Shown: positions 24,909 to 25,137 of the stretch, one piece after another
Position numbering within the stretch: the first letter of the stretch is position 1
Layout: every line of letters begins with the position of its first letter
Source of the DNA: an uncultured virus (IMG/VR IMGVR_UViG_3300032291_001634)
Lineage: Duplodnaviria; Heunggongvirae; Uroviricota; Caudoviricetes
Direction: 5' to 3' (one strand)
Length of the DNA stretch: 25,137 bases
Virus record (IMG/VR): IMGVR_UViG_3300032291_001634
Notes under the pieces: generated by a model
What the model saw: only the letters and a program-made list of their open reading frames with translations
What the model was told of the DNA's origin: nothing
Databases searched by the model: none
Made by a program: the position numbers and the translations under genes

Positions 24909-24935
24909 TGCTGTTATCAAGTATAACGGCACACA

Positions 24936-24978
24936 GCCCTAGGGCAAGAGCGTAGGGGTTCAATGCCCCCCTAGGGCA
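24936..24978 (+). ncRNA. tRNA minihelix-like element (acceptor stem plus T-arm only)
   Basis: GCCCTAGG/CCTAGGGC-A and GGGG-TTCAATG-CCCC, 12 bp in total. Confidence 0.5.
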
Positions 24979-25001
24979 CGCTCAAGTAGAAAGGAGCCAC
25001 T

Positions 25002-25136
25002 ATGGCTAAGAGCAAGAAGCAGCGCAGAAAGGAGCGTAAGGCTATTATAGCTAAGCGTTCTTATACTGCTCGTTATGGAAAGTATTCTTGGGAAGAAGAA
25101 TTTCTAGCGGAATACTACAAGGCTAAAGGAAAGTAG
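25002..25136 (+). CDS. Small basic protein (44 aa)
   Basis: AGAAAGGAG RBS; MAKSKKQRRKERKAIIAKRSYTARYGKYSWEEEFLAEYYKAKGK. Confidence 0.7.
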   Translation: MAKSKKQRRKERKAIIAKRSYTARYGKYSWEEEFLAEYYKAKGK

Positions 25137-25137
25137 T

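Overview
Fragment of a tailed dsDNA phage (Caudoviricetes). The host is most likely an actinobacterium, inferred from protein families and gene order, which resemble large actinobacterial myoviruses and freshwater actinophages. From 1 to ~22580 almost everything is on the minus strand. In transcription order it carries basic hypothetical proteins, Hsp20, a compact RNA operon, FmdB-type zinc ribbon, HEXXH and NlpC/P60 lipoprotein genes, a 3-gene membrane module with a PA14 protein, an M23 endolysin and holin-like gene, PASTA-like and KTSC proteins, large terminase, portal, scaffold, N4-gp56-type major capsid, neck/adaptor, a collagen-repeat protein and two tail-fibre-like proteins. After a divergent promoter near 22600 genes switch to the plus strand: an HNH endonuclease, a ~370 bp array of strand-biased hairpins (possible genome end or early leader) and early-type genes. 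The most unusual signal is the RNA operon at 19799-20528. Besides tRNA-Asn and tRNA-Trp it holds an 80-nt RNA matching the tRNA-like domain of tmRNA (G3.U70, A73, tmRNA-type D-loop, GAC linker) with no mRNA-like domain, a second non-canonical tRNA-like RNA, and further compact structured RNAs. All structures were paired by eye; no folding or database search was run.
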